From: Oopsacas minuta
Taxonomy: Eukaryota > Animalia > Porifera
Direction of reading: 5' to 3'
NCBI GenBank assembly: GCA_024704765.1
Contig: JAKMXF010000338.1
Span: forward strand, 1 to 64,000
Length of the DNA stretch: 64,000 nucleotides
Each line of letters begins with the position of its first letter. Positions within the stretch are counted from its first letter, which is position 1. The notes below the pieces were generated by a model. That model saw nothing but the letters and a program-made list of their open reading frames with translations. It was not told the DNA's origin and searched no databases. Below, one piece after another: positions 61,478 through 64,000 of the stretch. Position numbers and translations under genes: made by a program.

Positions 61478-61967
61478 CAGTGCACCTCTATAAGTGGGCT
61501 CTCTTTAAATGTGGGACCTCTATAAGTGGGGGAATTTTGGACCTTCTTTGTTCATTTCCATACAAATGGACCTCTATAAACGGGGAAGTGGGAATGGGGG
61601 ACCTAGAGTTTTCAGAAGTTATCTTTTCCATACAAAATGACCTCTATAATTGGGGGGAGCTAGACATCATTTTCTCCTAAATTTATCTTTATATGTAGTA
61701 AACTACACAATTTTATTGGAACAATCTAGGGGGGAATCAGGATGGTGAAAACTATTGTTTATATCTTCTCTGCTTCATACCTAATGGTTGATTCTAAGTA
61801 TCTACACTCATCCCAGGGGTATAATATTCACAATAATTAATTAATACCCCAAAAAGAGGAAGCAATTAGCAATAATGCGTACTTAATAATACTAATTATA
61901 ACCGGGGAATGGGGGGAAATTCCAATTTCGCCCGTCCCATGCTCCCCCACTTATAGAGGTTGCACTG
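61478..61967. mobile_element. Tigger-type MITE, 490 bp
   Basis: TA TSDs 61476-61477 and 61968-61969; TIRs cagtgca(a)cctctataagtggg; internal gacctctataa repeats. Confidence 0.8.
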
Positions 61968-62684
61968 TACCCGAATACCACCCACAATGAACATTAGAAG
62001 CAATGGTTGTCTGATAAAAATAGAAGTTACGAGATTCAAGTGATGACTACAATATAAATAACAATGATTGAGCACTGAAATTTGAAAATTGAGTAGCCAT
62101 TTCGTATGTAAAGAAATTTTATGGGACAAAATAAAAGATATGAGCCATTGAGCTGACTCGATTGCGGGACTTGCGAACGCTAAGCGCCCACCTAACCCTT
62201 CCTACGGGCGTCTCACCAGACCATACGTGGTCCAATAATTTCTACTCGGACATTCGGTCGTTCGGTTTCATTCACCATAAATAAATTATAAATCTAATCA
62301 AACGTTAAGTATAGTTTGGAGCAGACTTAATTAACTTTTGATCATTCAGTCTCGTTGTATACGTAAATCCATCGGGTTGAGTCTATCACGAAACACCTTT
62401 TGTGGTGATAAGCTTTGGGAAACCTCGAGATCGAGTAGAAAAGCAAACGCCAAATTTTATGTATCATGCAACCACAACATTAGTTCTGTTTGCACAATAG
62501 ATTTCAAGATTTAAGTACAATGACCTTCATTATGGGTTCTAATTGAATATTTAGTAAATAAACAATACCAAATATCTGAGGTGGTCTTAAACATTTTACC
62601 TCGACTGTAGTTTGCAGACTCGCCAGTCGGCACAGAAAAAACCCCATAAAGGCAATCATTTTAGTACTGGGCCTACTATGAGTA

Positions 62685-62981
62685 CATAGGCGTATCCAGC
62701 GTGGTGCTCAGGGTGCTCAAGCACCCCTAAGCTTAGCGATTAATGAATAGCAAACGAGCTTTGCCTAGTTGTACTGCGCGGCTTATAACAGTTTGGGTCC
62801 TCTCCATGTGCCCCTTGGGGCACCTCTTATAATTTACCTTAGCCCCCTCATGATAATCCTCGAAACGCTACCGAAGTATTCGATCAGCAGTGACGGATTT
62901 AGGATTTTGTTAAGGGTTTCATTTAGCCCGCCTGGAAAGGGGTTTTCAATTGAAACCTCTTTACCCTCTGGATCGGCCACT
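62685..62981. mobile_element. Possible hAT-type MITE remnants
   Basis: cataggcgtatccag...ggtgctcagggtgctcaagcacccc at the left and ctctggatcggccactg at the right resemble hAT MITE ends. No TSD confirmed. Confidence 0.4.
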
Positions 62982-63035
62982 GCCCAGTATACACTCAATG
63001 GTTTTGAGAAGCTTACCTATATACGCTGTTGGTTA

Positions 63036-63853
63036 AAATTGACCCCAACCATTATCGTATTGACGAAGTGGGGTCAGAATTGACCCCAACCATAATCGTA
63101 TTGACGAAGTGGGGTCAGAATTGACCCCAACCATTATCGTATTGACGAAGTGGGGTCAGAATTGACCCCAACCATTATCGTATTGACGAAGTGGGGTCAG
63201 AATTGACCCCAACCATTGTCATATTGACGAAGTGGGGTCAGAATTGACCCCAACTATTAAGTGGGGTCAGAATTGACCCCAACCATTGTCATATTGACGA
63301 AGTGGGGTCAGAATTGACCCCAACTATTATCGTATTGACGAAGTGGGATCAGAATTGACCCCAACCATTGTCATATTGACGAAGTGGGGTCAGAATTGAC
63401 CCCAACTATAATCGTATTGACGAAGTGGGGTCAGAATTGACCCCAAACAATGTCATATTGACGAAGTGGGGTCAGAATTGACCCCAACTATTATCGTATT
63501 GACGAAGTGGGGTCAGAATTGACCCCAACCATTATCGTATTGACGAAGTGGGGTCAGAATTGACCCCAACTATTATCGTATTGACGAAGTGGGGTCAGAA
63601 TTGACCCCAACCATTATCGTATTGACGAAGTGGGGTCAGAATTGACCCCAACCATAATCGTATTGACGAAGTGGGGTCAGAATTGACCCCAACCATTATC
63701 GTATTGACGAAGTGGGGTCAGAATTGACCCCAACCATTATCGTATTGACGAAGTGGGGTCAGAATTGACCCCAACCTTTATCGTATTGACGAAGTGGGGT
63801 CAGAACTGACCCCAACCATTGTCATATTGACGAAGTGGGGTCAGAATTGACCC
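63036..63853 (+). repeat. Second 41-bp tandem array (about 20 units), same orientation as the first
   Basis: Same unit; period 41 (63061 to 63102); one shortened unit near 63258. Confidence 0.97.
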
Positions 63854-63902
63854 AAAATTTAATGGGGTCATTATTGACCCCACATAGTCTACCGAAAGTT
63901 AA

Positions 63903-64000
63903 GCATTTCATGGCACCATTTCACTCGATTCTGCTCCTGCTCAGGATGAAGCTGATGTGGGATCCAACGGGCGCCAAGTTTACGTAGCTGAAGGGATTGG
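63903..64000 (-). pseudogene. mariner transposase, upstream part; runs off the window edge
   Basis: QSLQLRKLGARWIPHQLHPEQEQNRVKWCHEML (WVPHEL-type motif); in frame with 50663 across the TTAA. Confidence 0.88.

Larger units (their letters stand above)
50668..63898 (-). mobile_element. Large piggyBac element (13,231 bp) inserted at a TTAA within a mariner
   Basis: TTAA at 50664-50667 and 63899-63902; removing the insert restores the mariner frame (...WCHEMLK|QFNNG...). Inverted subterminal 27-bp blocks gact(ta/at)gtggggtcaa(a/t)a(t/a)tgacccca. Contains a piggyBac transposase. The outermost bases of the two ends do not match each other. Confidence 0.75.

Noticed and set aside
50704-63853. 41-bp palindromic arrays as CRISPR arrays
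   Set aside because: There are no unique spacers: the linkers are the same sequence with a few substitutions. No cas genes are present, the context is eukaryotic, and the arrays sit at piggyBac ends.
1-64000. rRNA, tRNA or prokaryotic operons
   Set aside because: No recognisable structural RNA motifs or bacterial gene organisation; a covariance-model scan was not run.

Overview
AT-rich eukaryotic (probably invertebrate) DNA with no recognisable host gene, rRNA, tRNA or CRISPR array. The window is almost entirely stacked and nested DNA transposons. It holds about 18 Tc1/mariner/maT/TRT/pogo elements (two with intact ORFs), three hAT elements, an intron-containing Ginger-type integrase element carrying a USP-like protease domain, and a TTAA-flanked 13.2-kb piggyBac with a spliced, intact 604-aa transposase and two 41-bp palindromic arrays. 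There is also a Helitron helicase fragment, several MITEs, a foldback-like pair of inverted 59-bp arrays and a 1.26-kb inversion. The main finding is six divergent RAG1-like (Transib/RAG1L) transposase copies. Four are complete elements of about 3.0-3.3 kb with 5-bp target duplications. Their ends begin with the RSS heptamer CACAGTG and carry a second conserved 10-bp box, spaced 10 bp from the heptamer at the 5' end and 18-19 bp at the 3' end. This asymmetric bipartite design parallels the 12/23 RSS rule, in elements that encode a nonamer-binding-domain-like segment and have no room for RAG2. All assignments come from manual motif reading; no database search was run.
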